DNA of 64,000 bases. Origin: Clostridiales bacterium (GTDB lineage Bacteria; Bacillota; Clostridia; Christensenellales; CAG-138). The position numbers and the translations under genes were made by a program. Positions 1-9,139 of this stretch are shown here, in pieces. Location: NCBI GenBank assembly GCA_004558825.1, contig SFDB01000001.1, positions 137,427 to 201,426 of the forward strand. Direction: 5' to 3'. Position 1 is the stretch's first letter; the number at the start of each line of letters is the position of its first letter. The notes under the pieces were generated by a model. The model saw only the letters and a program-made list of their open reading frames with translations, was not told the origin of the DNA and searched no databases.

Positions 1-863
1 CCCGTTCTCGGATGCGTCAGCTCAAGGCGGACGGCGTGAAGCATCTGGCCGTCTGTCTTAAAGCGACAGGTTCGCGCTCCGTATACGTCGTCGCCGGTTA
101 CGGGATGCTTTATATACGCCATGTGTACGCGTATCTGATGAGTGCGGCCCGTTTCGAGCTTCACCTTCAAAAGCGTATAGTCGCCGAATCTATGCAGCAC
201 GCTCCAGTGCGTCACCGCCTCCCTGCCGCTTCCGTCGTCAACTACGGCCATTCGCTTTCTGTCCGTCCTGTGGCGGCCTATCGGCGCATCGATAGTACCG
301 CAGTCCTCCTTCAGGTTGCCGTCGACGAGCGCTACATACGTCCTGTACGCCGAGTGCTCCTTTATCTGCGCGGCAAGCGAATTGTGCGCAAAGTCATTCT
401 TCGCTATCACAATAAGCCCCGACGTAAGCTTGTCTATTCTATGAACTATGCCCGGACGCAGCTCTCCTCCTATACCCGAAAGGTCTTTCACATGATACAT
501 CAGAGCGTTCACGAGCGTCCCCGAGGGATTGCCCGGCGCAGGATGAACAACCATGCTCTTCGGCTTGTCGATGACAGCTATATCGGCATCCTGATACACT
601 ATAGACAGCGGTATGTCTTCGGCGGCAAGCTCCGTCACCGCAGGCGGCGGCAGCACTATCTCGACGCAGTCGCCCTGTCGCAGCTTCGTGTTCGCCTTGC
701 CGACAGACCCGTTCACGAGCACATCGCCCTGCGCTATCCGCTTCTGCATAAACGAGCGCGTGTTTCCGCCTACGCGTGCGCAAAACACATCGAGCCGCTC
801 ACCCGATGTGTCCGCCTCCACCTCTAATCGCTCATAAAGCTCGTTATCCTCTGCCGCTGTCAC
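1..863 (-). CDS. rluD: RluD-family 23S rRNA pseudouridine synthase (3' end runs off the window)
   Basis: Absent from the ORF track because there is no stop inside the window. The reverse-strand frame whose last full codon ends at nt 3 reads ..VEADTSGERLDVF..VIDKPKSMVVHPAPG..GIVHRIDKLTSGLIVIAKN..LETGRTHQIRVHMA..LHAVRLELTHPRTG. Probable GTG start at 861-863, overlapping the lspA 3' end. The + ORF 12..827 is its antisense shadow. Confidence 0.85.
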   Translation of the reverse strand, partial: MTAAEDNELYERLEVEADTSGERLDVFCARVGGNTRSFMQKRIAQGDVLVNGSVGKANTKLRQGDCVEIVLPPPAVTELAAEDIPLSIVYQDADIAVIDKPKSMVVHPAPGNPSGTLVNALMYHVKDLSGIGGELRPGIVHRIDKLTSGLIVIAKNDFAHNSLAAQIKEHSAYRTYVALVDGNLKEDCGTIDAPIGRHRTDRKRMAVVDDGSGREAVTHWSVLHRFGDYTLLKVKLETGRTHQIRVHMAYIKHPVTGDDVYGARTCRFKTDGQMLHAVRLELTHPRT

Positions 864-1413
864 CGTTTCCGCTTTCCCTGTCGGCGGAGTCCTTACCGCC
901 GTTCCTCTTTTTCTTTTCTCGTTCCCCGTCAATCGAGTCAAAATATTCCTTGCCCTTTTTTGTGAAAAGCAGGCTTATTCCCGTAAGCGCCGCGCCTATG
1001 CAGACCGCACTGTCCGCTATGTTGAACACGGCGAAGTTTATGAGCGTAAAGCTAAGCATGTCGCGGACATAGCCGAGCCATATTCTGTCTATCATGTTGC
1101 CCACCGCGCCCGCAAGTATGAGCGCTATGCCCGCCCGCGCGAGCACAGGCATGGCTACGGGTTTGCGCTTACGCTGCGATATGAGCAGCCATATCATGAG
1201 CACAATGGATATAGACGTTATAACCAAAAAAACTATGCGTTTGTTCTGAAGCATTCCAAACGCTGCGCCCCTGTTTTCAACATATGTAAAATGGAACACG
1301 CCCTCCCAAAGCGGGTAGGTGCTGTCCGCAAGCGTAGGAAGTATCTTAGCCGCAATCGCCTTTGTTGCCTGATCTGCCGCGATGACAAGCACGACTATCA
1401 GTATTTCGAGCAT
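844..1413 (-). CDS. lspA: Lipoprotein signal peptidase II
   Basis: MLEILIVVLVIAADQATK..FTYVENRGAAFGML..GNMIDR..NFAVFNIADS are LspA hallmarks. I prefer the internal ATG at 1413 (GGAGA 5 nt upstream) over the track start at 1467. The C-terminal tail is unusual, Lys/Gly/Asp-rich. Confidence 0.9.
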   Translation of the reverse strand: MLEILIVVLVIAADQATKAIAAKILPTLADSTYPLWEGVFHFTYVENRGAAFGMLQNKRIVFLVITSISIVLMIWLLISQRKRKPVAMPVLARAGIALILAGAVGNMIDRIWLGYVRDMLSFTLINFAVFNIADSAVCIGAALTGISLLFTKKGKEYFDSIDGEREKKKRNGGKDSADRESGNGDSGRG

Positions 1414-1592
1414 ATAATGTCTCCTTGCGTTGATTTGCGTAATTATACCATACTTTCGCAGCGTCAAAAACCCTCGTATATGAACAAAGCGTCAAATATG
1501 CATCCGCGCGGCGCTTTAAGTTGTAATTCGAGCATGATTTTGTTATCATAATCTTATAAGACGCTCCGTTCTCGGGGCAAAAAGAGGTAATC

Positions 1593-4166
1593 ATGAAAAA
1601 GCTTATCGCCATAGACGGCAACAGCCTTATGTACCGCGCTTTCTACGCCATAAAGGAGATGAGCACGCGCGACGGAAAAGCCACGAACGCGCTTCACGGC
1701 TTCCTGAGCATGCTCTTAAAGCTCGCCGCAGAAAACCCCGACTACATGGCCGTTGCGTTTGATGTGCGCGGGAAGACCTTCCGCCACGACAGCTTTTCGG
1801 AATACAAGGCGACGCGAAAACCCATGCCCGACGAGCTCGCGGAGCAGATGCAGGCCATAAAGCCGATACTCCGCGCAATGAACATATGTATTTGCGAATG
1901 CCCCGGCTTTGAGGGCGATGATGTTCTCGGCACTCTTTCGCGGATTGCAGAAAAAAACGGAACCGCTACGCTTATAGTAACGGGCGACAGAGATGCGCTT
2001 CAGTTGATAAACGAGCATACGCATGTGCTCATGACGAGAAAGGGCATAACCGACACGACCGAGTTTGACGAGGCAGCGCTCCTCGAGCAATACGGTGTGA
2101 CGCCATCGGGCATAATCGACCTGAAAGGGCTCATGGGCGACAGCTCCGACAATATACCCGGAATACCGGGCGTCGGCGAAAAAACAGCGTTAAAGCTTAT
2201 AAATAAATACGGTTCTCTCGAGTCTGTGCTCGAACACTGCGACGACGAAAAGGGCGCCCTGCGTCAAAAGCTTAACGATAACGCAGAGCTTGCGCGCATA
2301 TCGTACAGGCTTGCAACAATAGATACAAACGCCCCAATAACCGTAACGCTCGACGACTGCGCGTTCGACACGGCAAAAATGCGCGGCGCAATACCGCTCC
2401 TTTCAAAATATGAGCTGAAAAGCATAATCTCGCGTCTCCCGAGCGGCGACAGCCCCGACGGTTCGGCCGCCGAATGCGAACCTGCGGCGGAGCGTATTGT
2501 TATTCGTTCCTCCGACGAGCTTTCAGCTTTCGCCGTCATGCTTTCAAAATCCGAAGCGTTTGCCGTTCATATAAGTGAAGAGCTTACGATTGCGTGCGAT
2601 GACAGCCATGTCTACGCCGTATCCTTCGCCGCAACACTGTTGGAGCAGGGACTTAATGAGGACGAGGTTTTCGCTGCGCTCAAGCCTGCGTTTGAGTCCG
2701 CCACCATCAAAAAGCTCACCTTTGACGCTAAGCGGCTTATGCACATATTGTCGCGATATAGCATAGAGCTTGGAGGCGTAGCTTTCGACGCAATGATTGC
2801 CGACTACCTGCTTCACGCAACGCGCCCCTCTGCGACGCTAAAGGCGCTTTGCGCGGACACATGGGGCGAAGTCTCCCAATGCGACGCCCACTCGATCTTT
2901 GTCCTTTATCCGCTTATGATGAAGCAGCTTGAAGAGAAGGCGCTGATGAATCTTTACACCGATATCGAGCTGCCGCTAATAGGCGTGCTGTACGACATGG
3001 AGCGCACGGGCTTCAAGGTCGACACAGACATGCTCTCAAGTCTGGGCGGCGACATGTCGGCACGCATAGGCGAGCTTGAAGCCCGGATTTACGACCTCGC
3101 GGGAGGCAAGTTTTCCATACTCTCCACAAAGCAGCTCGGCGACGTGCTTTTCGTAAAGCTCGGCCTGCCTCCCGTCAGGAAAACAAAAACCGGCTTCTCT
3201 ACCGATTCCGACACTCTCGAAGCGCTGGCAGACAAGCATCCGATTGTTCCACTTATAATGGAATACCGCTTTCTTACAAAGCTGAAAAGCACTTTCATAG
3301 ATGGGCTAATCGCACTTGTAAAGCGCGACACGCATCGCGTGCATACAAGCTTTAACCAGAACGTAACGGCCACGGGACGCATTTCGAGCACCGAACCGAA
3401 TCTCCAGAACATACCCGTAAGAACGAGCATGGGCCGTGAAATACGCAAGGCTTTCATTGCAAGCGACGGGTGCGTACTCGTAGGCGCAGACTATTCACAG
3501 ATAGAGCTTCGTCTGCTCGCACATATAGCCGACGATGATATCATGATACGCGCTTTCTGTAACAACGAGGATATACACAGGCGCACGGCCGCCGAAGTTT
3601 TCTCCGTACCCCCCGAAGAAGTTACGGGCGAACAGCGCTCCGCCGCCAAAGCCGTCAACTTCGGCATCGTGTACGGAATAAGCGATTTCGGGCTTGCGCG
3701 AAACCTCGGCATTAGCCGTTATCGCGCAAACGAATATATAAACATGTATAAAGAACGATATAAAGGCGTGAGCACATATATGAAGCAAAGCGTTGAAACC
3801 GCAAGGAAAAACGGCTATGCGGTCACGCTTTTCGGGAGGCGGCGCGATTTGCCGGAGCTTAAATCGTCTAACTTCAATACTCGCTCTTTCGGCGAACGCG
3901 TCGCAATGAATATGCCCATTCAGGGCTCCGCAGCAGACATTATAAAGCTTGCGATGGTGCGCGTCGCAAAGGCGCTGCGCGATGAGGGCCTCCATGCAAG
4001 GCTTGTGCTTCAAATACACGACGAGCTTATAATCGACTGTCCCGTTGACGAAGCGGAGCGCGTCGCGTGCATACTGCGCGACTGTATGCAGCACGCCGCC
4101 TCGCTAAAGGTTCCCCTCATAGCAGACGTCGCCAAAGGCAGAAGCTGGTACGACACGAAAGGATAA
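1593..4166 (+). CDS. polA: DNA polymerase I
   Basis: 857 aa. 5'-nuclease N-terminus (IDGNSLMYRAFYA..GDRDALQL), helix-hairpin-helix segment (GIPGVGEKTALKLI) and polymerase motifs (DYSQIELR..QIHDEL). AAGAGG RBS. Confidence 0.97.
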   Translation: MKKLIAIDGNSLMYRAFYAIKEMSTRDGKATNALHGFLSMLLKLAAENPDYMAVAFDVRGKTFRHDSFSEYKATRKPMPDELAEQMQAIKPILRAMNICICECPGFEGDDVLGTLSRIAEKNGTATLIVTGDRDALQLINEHTHVLMTRKGITDTTEFDEAALLEQYGVTPSGIIDLKGLMGDSSDNIPGIPGVGEKTALKLINKYGSLESVLEHCDDEKGALRQKLNDNAELARISYRLATIDTNAPITVTLDDCAFDTAKMRGAIPLLSKYELKSIISRLPSGDSPDGSAAECEPAAERIVIRSSDELSAFAVMLSKSEAFAVHISEELTIACDDSHVYAVSFAATLLEQGLNEDEVFAALKPAFESATIKKLTFDAKRLMHILSRYSIELGGVAFDAMIADYLLHATRPSATLKALCADTWGEVSQCDAHSIFVLYPLMMKQLEEKALMNLYTDIELPLIGVLYDMERTGFKVDTDMLSSLGGDMSARIGELEARIYDLAGGKFSILSTKQLGDVLFVKLGLPPVRKTKTGFSTDSDTLEALADKHPIVPLIMEYRFLTKLKSTFIDGLIALVKRDTHRVHTSFNQNVTATGRISSTEPNLQNIPVRTSMGREIRKAFIASDGCVLVGADYSQIELRLLAHIADDDIMIRAFCNNEDIHRRTAAEVFSVPPEEVTGEQRSAAKAVNFGIVYGISDFGLARNLGISRYRANEYINMYKERYKGVSTYMKQSVETARKNGYAVTLFGRRRDLPELKSSNFNTRSFGERVAMNMPIQGSAADIIKLAMVRVAKALRDEGLHARLVLQIHDELIIDCPVDEAERVACILRDCMQHAASLKVPLIADVAKGRSWYDTKG

Positions 4167-4169
4167 CAT

Positions 4170-4781
4170 ATGGCCGTATACGGATTGACCGGCGGAATTG
4201 CCTCGGGTAAATCATGCGTTTCAAGGCGGCTCGCCGAGCTCGGCGCGATTATTATCGACGCCGACAAGATATCCCATGAAATAATGCGCTTTGACCGCGG
4301 CGCAGTATCGGCGGTACGCAAAGCTTTTGGGAACGGCGTTATCACTCCGCACGGCGATATCGACAGGCGCGCGCTCGGCGCGCTCGTATTCGCAGACAAA
4401 AGCAAGCTGGAGCTGCTCAATTCGATAATGCACCCGCTCATAACGGACGCCGTACTCTCTGAGCTCGCCAAAGCAAAAAAAAGCGGGGCGATCGTGATAG
4501 TTGATGCTCCGCTCCTGATACAAACGGGGCTTGATAAGCACACCGACGGCGTTATAGTCGTGTACGCCGACGTTGAGAACCGAGTAAAGCGCATAATAAA
4601 GCGCGACAATATTTCAGACGCCCGTGCGCGGGAGCGTATCGCATCACAGGAGAGCGATGATTTTCTTTTGAGTCACGCTTCGTTTGCGATCGAAAACAAC
4701 GGCTCGCTCGACGAGCTCATCAAAAAGACTGACGGGCTGTATGCTCTGCTCATGGAAAAGGCGGTAAATAATGATGAATAA
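4170..4781 (+). CDS. coaE: Dephospho-CoA kinase
   Basis: GLTGGIASGKS P-loop at the N-terminus, about 200 aa, in the classic position immediately after polA. Confidence 0.93.
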   Translation: MAVYGLTGGIASGKSCVSRRLAELGAIIIDADKISHEIMRFDRGAVSAVRKAFGNGVITPHGDIDRRALGALVFADKSKLELLNSIMHPLITDAVLSELAKAKKSGAIVIVDAPLLIQTGLDKHTDGVIVVYADVENRVKRIIKRDNISDARARERIASQESDDFLLSHASFAIENNGSLDELIKKTDGLYALLMEKAVNNDE

Positions 4782-6408
4782 AAATACATTTGCAAGGCTT
4801 ATCGCGTCGCTGCTCATTGCATCCGCGCTCATCGGCTGCATTGGATGCGCCGCAGACCGTTCGGGCGCCGAGCCGACGGCAACGCCGCTCCTTATGCCCA
4901 CCCCTACCCCGCAGATACAGCCCGTACCCGGCGGCGAACTCATAATGCCCATACCCGCCAACGCCGAAGCTCACAACCCGCTCACCGTTTCAAACAGGGA
5001 AATGCTTAACATGTATTCGCTCATATTCGAGGGGCTTGTTTATCTTGACGAAAGTGGAATACTTGCGCCGATGCTCGCGGAAAACTGGTCGTGCGACGAA
5101 ACGGGGCGCGTGTGGACTTTTAACATTCGCCGGGGCGTCAAATGGCACAGACTTGCCTCCGAGCTTACAGCCGATGACATAATTTATACCGTCAATATAA
5201 TCAAAAATATGGACGGCGGATCGTACTACAGCTATAACGTATCAAAAATAGAAAGCATCGAAAAAGCAGACGCATACACCGTCCGCATGACGATGACGCA
5301 CGCCGGCATAAGCCCCGTTACGCTTTTAACTTTCCCGATAATATGCGCGCAAAGCAGCATGGACGATATGCCCGTCGGTACCGGCCCCTACGCGATAACC
5401 TCACAAAGCGGAGACACTATAACGCTTGAAGCCAATAAGCTTTGGTGGAAACAGACGCCGTATCTTGAGAGGATAACGCTAAAGGAGCGTGACAACACCG
5501 AGAGCGAGCTTGCTTCCTTTGCGGCGGGACAGCTTAACATGGTTTTCACATCGGTGCTGCACGCAGGACGCTATCGCGACGAAGGCAAAACAAGCGTTAT
5601 CGATATAATGACGCAGACTATGGAAACGCTTCTTATAAACCATTCATCGACCATACTTGCTTCGCAGGATGTCCGCAAGGCGCTCGCCTACGGGATAGAC
5701 AGAAGCGACATAATTTCAAACGTCTACATGAATAAAGCCGTCGCATGCGACGTACCGATAGCGCCCGACTCCTACGCATACGATTCCAAATACAAAAAGT
5801 ACGACTTTAACCGTTCGTATGCACTGTCGCTGCTGTCGCATCTTGGCTGGGAAGACGTAGACGACGACGGCATACTTGAAAACAAAGCCGCGCAGTCTGC
5901 CGAGCTCAAGCTCAAGCTCCTCGTAAGCACGTCGGCCGACAACACGCTCCGTGCCGATGCGGCAAAGAGGATTGCGGCGCAGCTTCTCGAAATGGGCATA
6001 GAGGTTGAGATAAAAGAAGTGCCGTTCGCCACGGAGGCGGCGGACGATGAGGACTTTATATCGCTCCTCGCGGACGGGGACTTCGACCTCGCGCTTGCCG
6101 GGTTCAATCTCGGGCGTGATCTCGACCTGACGCAGTATGTCTCGTCGCTCGGTGCGCTCAATTACGGCAAGTACTACGGCGTCAAGCTCGACGCGCTTGC
6201 AAAGGATCTCGCTCAGGCGGCCGACCAGACGGCGGCGCGCGATGCGGCGGCTCTGTTTCAGGAGGAATTTATCGATTCGCTCCCGTTCATAGTGCTTTAT
6301 TTCAGGCAGAGCAGCGTAATCTATTCTTCTAAAATCAAGGGTGTTTCCTCGCTCCGAGAGCCTGACGTCATGCTCAACGCATATAAATGGTATACAAATT
6401 GGAAGTAA
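4771..6408 (+). CDS. ABC transporter substrate-binding lipoprotein, family 5 (peptide/nickel type), orphan
   Basis: Signal peptide with lipobox (LIASALIGC), Pro/Thr linker, then a family-5 SBP-like body (..MLNMYSLIFEGLVYLDESG..LAENW..). The start overlaps the coaE stop by 11 nt. No permease or ATPase gene is adjacent. Confidence 0.85.
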   Translation: MMNKNTFARLIASLLIASALIGCIGCAADRSGAEPTATPLLMPTPTPQIQPVPGGELIMPIPANAEAHNPLTVSNREMLNMYSLIFEGLVYLDESGILAPMLAENWSCDETGRVWTFNIRRGVKWHRLASELTADDIIYTVNIIKNMDGGSYYSYNVSKIESIEKADAYTVRMTMTHAGISPVTLLTFPIICAQSSMDDMPVGTGPYAITSQSGDTITLEANKLWWKQTPYLERITLKERDNTESELASFAAGQLNMVFTSVLHAGRYRDEGKTSVIDIMTQTMETLLINHSSTILASQDVRKALAYGIDRSDIISNVYMNKAVACDVPIAPDSYAYDSKYKKYDFNRSYALSLLSHLGWEDVDDDGILENKAAQSAELKLKLLVSTSADNTLRADAAKRIAAQLLEMGIEVEIKEVPFATEAADDEDFISLLADGDFDLALAGFNLGRDLDLTQYVSSLGALNYGKYYGVKLDALAKDLAQAADQTAARDAAALFQEEFIDSLPFIVLYFRQSSVIYSSKIKGVSSLREPDVMLNAYKWYTNWK

Positions 6409-6457
6409 CGCCCAATTTCGTATAGAACATCCGCATCGCCCTTTTTCAGTCGAGGCT

Positions 6458-7339
6458 TCACAATATCGATTTGGCTATATGCATAAAATATCCTTCCATG
6501 CCGTCGCTGTCTGCGGCATGGATTTCTTTTGCGCCTATTACACGCATTTCATACGCAAGTATCGCCGCGCCGCATATTATTACGTCGTGGCGCTTTACAA
6601 GCAGCGGATGATGTCTGCGCTTTTCTCCCATCCTGTCAAGCTCTTCAATAAGCCCCTCGAGAGAATCCGGTGTTATCACAGCATCCTTTATACGCTCCGG
6701 GTCATACGATTCCATGCCGAGCGAAAGCGCCGCAAGCGTCGTTATCGTTCCTCCGACGCCTGTCCAACGGTCTTCATCAAGCTTCGGCAGCTTCAGCATA
6801 CATTCGAGGGCGTCTTCTATGTTCGTGCGCAATTCGGAAAGGCTTGCGGCCCCCTTCGTCAAGTCTCGGGCGCGCACGCAGCCCATGGGCGCACTCGTGC
6901 AGAAGCTTTGCGTTGTTATCTGCGTAGAGCCGCCGCCTATGTCTATAAGCCCGCCGCCCGCATCGCCGACGGCTCCGTCGTATGCGTACCTCGCCTCACG
7001 TTCGCCCGAAAGCACATCTACGGACGCACCCGTTGCAGCAGCAAGCGTTTTCACAAATTCTCCGCCGTTTGAAGCGTCGCGTACGGCGCTCGTCGCATAT
7101 GCAAACACGCGTATGCCGCATTCGTCTGCCTCCTTGGCAAACGTCGCCGCCGCGTCGAGCGTGTCGCGCATAGCGCGTTCATTCAGCACTCCGCTCTCTA
7201 TAAGCCCTTCGCCCAGGCGCGTCGTTATAAGCTTCTTTGGCGACGACGAATAGCTCTCGCCGTCAAAAGCATATAGGGCGCATCGAATTGAGTTGCTGCC
7301 GATATCTATCACGGCGGCACGCTTTATGTTGTCCGTCAC
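6458..7339 (-). CDS. Ppx/GppA-family phosphatase (actin-like ATPase fold, short form without HD domain)
   Basis: AAVIDIGSNSIRCALY N-terminal motif, ..GLIDIGGGSTQ.. second phosphate motif, 293 aa. Confidence 0.85.
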   Translation of the reverse strand: MTDNIKRAAVIDIGSNSIRCALYAFDGESYSSSPKKLITTRLGEGLIESGVLNERAMRDTLDAAATFAKEADECGIRVFAYATSAVRDASNGGEFVKTLAAATGASVDVLSGEREARYAYDGAVGDAGGGLIDIGGGSTQITTQSFCTSAPMGCVRARDLTKGAASLSELRTNIEDALECMLKLPKLDEDRWTGVGGTITTLAALSLGMESYDPERIKDAVITPDSLEGLIEELDRMGEKRRHHPLLVKRHDVIICGAAILAYEMRVIGAKEIHAADSDGMEGYFMHIAKSIL

Positions 7340-7341
7340 GA

Positions 7342-7644
7342 TTATTCTCCGGATGTGTCGAAAATTATGTCGTCGGGAAGCACATAGCCAAAACGCTCAC
7401 GCGCCTGCTGCTCAAGATACTCCTTGCTGCCCGAGTATTCTATCATAAATTCAAGGCGCTGTTCATCACGAAGCATTTCGTTATATCTCTGTTCGAGCGC
7501 ATCATACTCGGAGTTTATCTCGCCAAGCTTATTCATTTGCCGCACGGCGTTAACGGCAACGAAACAGGTCGCCGCCGCCAAGACGACGGTGACTGCCAGC
7601 GCAAATATCAAAAACCGTTTTTTTCTCATTCTGATGCTTTGCAC
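7342..7644 (-). CDS. Septum formation initiator (FtsB/DivIC family)
   Basis: 100 aa. Basic N-terminus, one TM (FLIFALAVTVVLAAATCFVAV), a coiled-coil, and a C-terminal ..YLEQQARERFGYVLPDDIIF motif typical of the family. GTG start with GGAGG 6 nt upstream. Confidence 0.75.
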   Translation of the reverse strand: MQSIRMRKKRFLIFALAVTVVLAAATCFVAVNAVRQMNKLGEINSEYDALEQRYNEMLRDEQRLEFMIEYSGSKEYLEQQARERFGYVLPDDIIFDTSGE

Positions 7645-7780
7645 GGATTGCCTCCGGGTATATGTATAGATATATTTAGTTTATTTCACAATTTCTGTTT
7701 TTGCAATATCTTTTGCAAATATTCTTTGCTTTTGCGAAAAATCGCAGTAATTCTCATGAGCCGCTTTCCGTCCTTACGGC

Positions 7781-7816
7781 ATTCAAAATCCACCGAAGAG
7801 AAACTCTGCGGTGGAT
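7781..7816 (-). terminator. Rho-independent terminator after the ABC permease gene
   Basis: Stem ATCCACCG (7788-7795) pairs with CGGTGGAT (7809-7816). On the minus strand it is followed by TTTTGAAT. Confidence 0.6.
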
Positions 7817-7837
7817 TCCGTACAGATTCAGATTCAG

Positions 7838-9139
7838 TTAGTCGTTCCTTATCGCCGTCAACGGTGAAAGGCGCATCGCCCTAAGCGCGGGATAAATGCC
7901 CGACGCAAGAGCCACAAGTATCGAGAACGCAACCGCGCCGAACGCAAGATACGGCGGAATTATACTCTTAAAACCGACATCGCCTATGAACTTATTCAGT
8001 ACGCCCGACAAAAGGTAGCTCAAGCCTATGCCCGCCGCGCCCCCGAAAAGGCCAATGAACGAGGCCTCGGAGAGAAACAGCCCCGCGATGTTCGACATTC
8101 TGCAGCCGAGCACCTTGATTATGCCTATCTCCTTCGTGCGCTCATATATACTCATCATCATCGTATTCATTATGCCTATTGCCGCAACAAGCAGCGATAC
8201 GCCGCCAATCGCGCCAAGCAGATACTGTATCTGCTTCATATTCTTTTCAGCCGCATCGAGCGCATCCTGAAGGCTGTTCGTGCCGTAGCCCATGGCGTCA
8301 ATGGCGTCTTTAACATCCTTAACGGATTTGGCGTCGGCGCATTTTACCGTAACCTGCTGATACTTGCTCGTATCTATAGATATAAACGTGCTGTTTTCCT
8401 TGGCGAGCTTTTTAAGCGCCTCAAGGTCCATCAGACAGTACCAGCTGAAGTCGTTATTGCTTTCATCCAGAATGCCCACCGGGTTTATCCTGTAAAGCTT
8501 GCCTTTCTGCACGGCTTCGCCATCAGTGCCGTAGCCGCCTTCACCATACATATTGTTATAATCAAACGTAAGCTGTATGCGCGTGTCCTTCGTCACCTTT
8601 GGATTCCCGTCTCTGTCGACGGCCGGTTTCCACGTTTTAGGGTCATAAAAGTTGCTGAGCGTCTGGCTGCCGAGCACAAGCTCATACGTCGTGCCTCCCT
8701 TATACTGCGGGTACTCACCCTCGCTGAGCGTTATGCCGAACTTATCGGCAACGTCGGAGTCTATGCCGAGTATCGATATATCCGCATAGTATTTCCCGCA
8801 TTTGAGTATGCCCCATGCCTCGATTCGCGGCATCACTGCGACAACTCCCGGAAGCTGCTTGAACGCCTCAACGCTCTTTTTATCGAGCCTTACCTCTGTC
8901 GATGTGCCGCCCATACCGTCCGGCGACTCCGTCCATTTGTAGGACATGACGGTTATGTTCGTAAGGCTCCCTATGCTCGCATACGAGTCTATGGTAGCCT
9001 GCCTTATGCCTACTCCGAGTGAAACCATTACAACTATCGACGTTGTACCTATAACCATGCCGAGTACGGTCAAGAACGCACGGAGCTTTCTGCGCCATAG
9101 ATTCAGCAGCGCAGTACGCAGCATGTCAAAGAATCTCAT
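7838..9139 (-). CDS. ABC transporter permease, MacB/FtsX type (4 TM with large extracytoplasmic domain)
   Basis: 433 aa. N-terminus MLRTALLNLWRRKLRAFLTVLGMVIGTTSIV, long extracytoplasmic domain, and a C-terminal FtsX-like three-TM bundle (..ERTKEIGIIKVLG..). Confidence 0.9.
   Translation of the reverse strand: MRFFDMLRTALLNLWRRKLRAFLTVLGMVIGTTSIVVMVSLGVGIRQATIDSYASIGSLTNITVMSYKWTESPDGMGGTSTEVRLDKKSVEAFKQLPGVVAVMPRIEAWGILKCGKYYADISILGIDSDVADKFGITLSEGEYPQYKGGTTYELVLGSQTLSNFYDPKTWKPAVDRDGNPKVTKDTRIQLTFDYNNMYGEGGYGTDGEAVQKGKLYRINPVGILDESNNDFSWYCLMDLEALKKLAKENSTFISIDTSKYQQVTVKCADAKSVKDVKDAIDAMGYGTNSLQDALDAAEKNMKQIQYLLGAIGGVSLLVAAIGIMNTMMMSIYERTKEIGIIKVLGCRMSNIAGLFLSEASFIGLFGGAAGIGLSYLLSGVLNKFIGDVGFKSIIPPYLAFGAVAFSILVALASGIYPALRAMRLSPLTAIRND

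Noticed and set aside
12-827. 271-aa + strand ORF at the left edge
   Set aside because: It is Arg/His/Tyr-rich with no recognisable family. It lies exactly antisense to a clear RluD pseudouridine synthase frame (HRIDKLTSGL, GRTHQIRVH), so it is a shadow ORF.
6341-7253. + strand ORFs 6341..7072 (243 aa), 6714..7253 (179 aa) and others
   Set aside because: They are antisense to the Ppx/GppA gene, whose motifs are unambiguous. Their composition is low-complexity (Ser/Arg/Ala) and they have no RBS.
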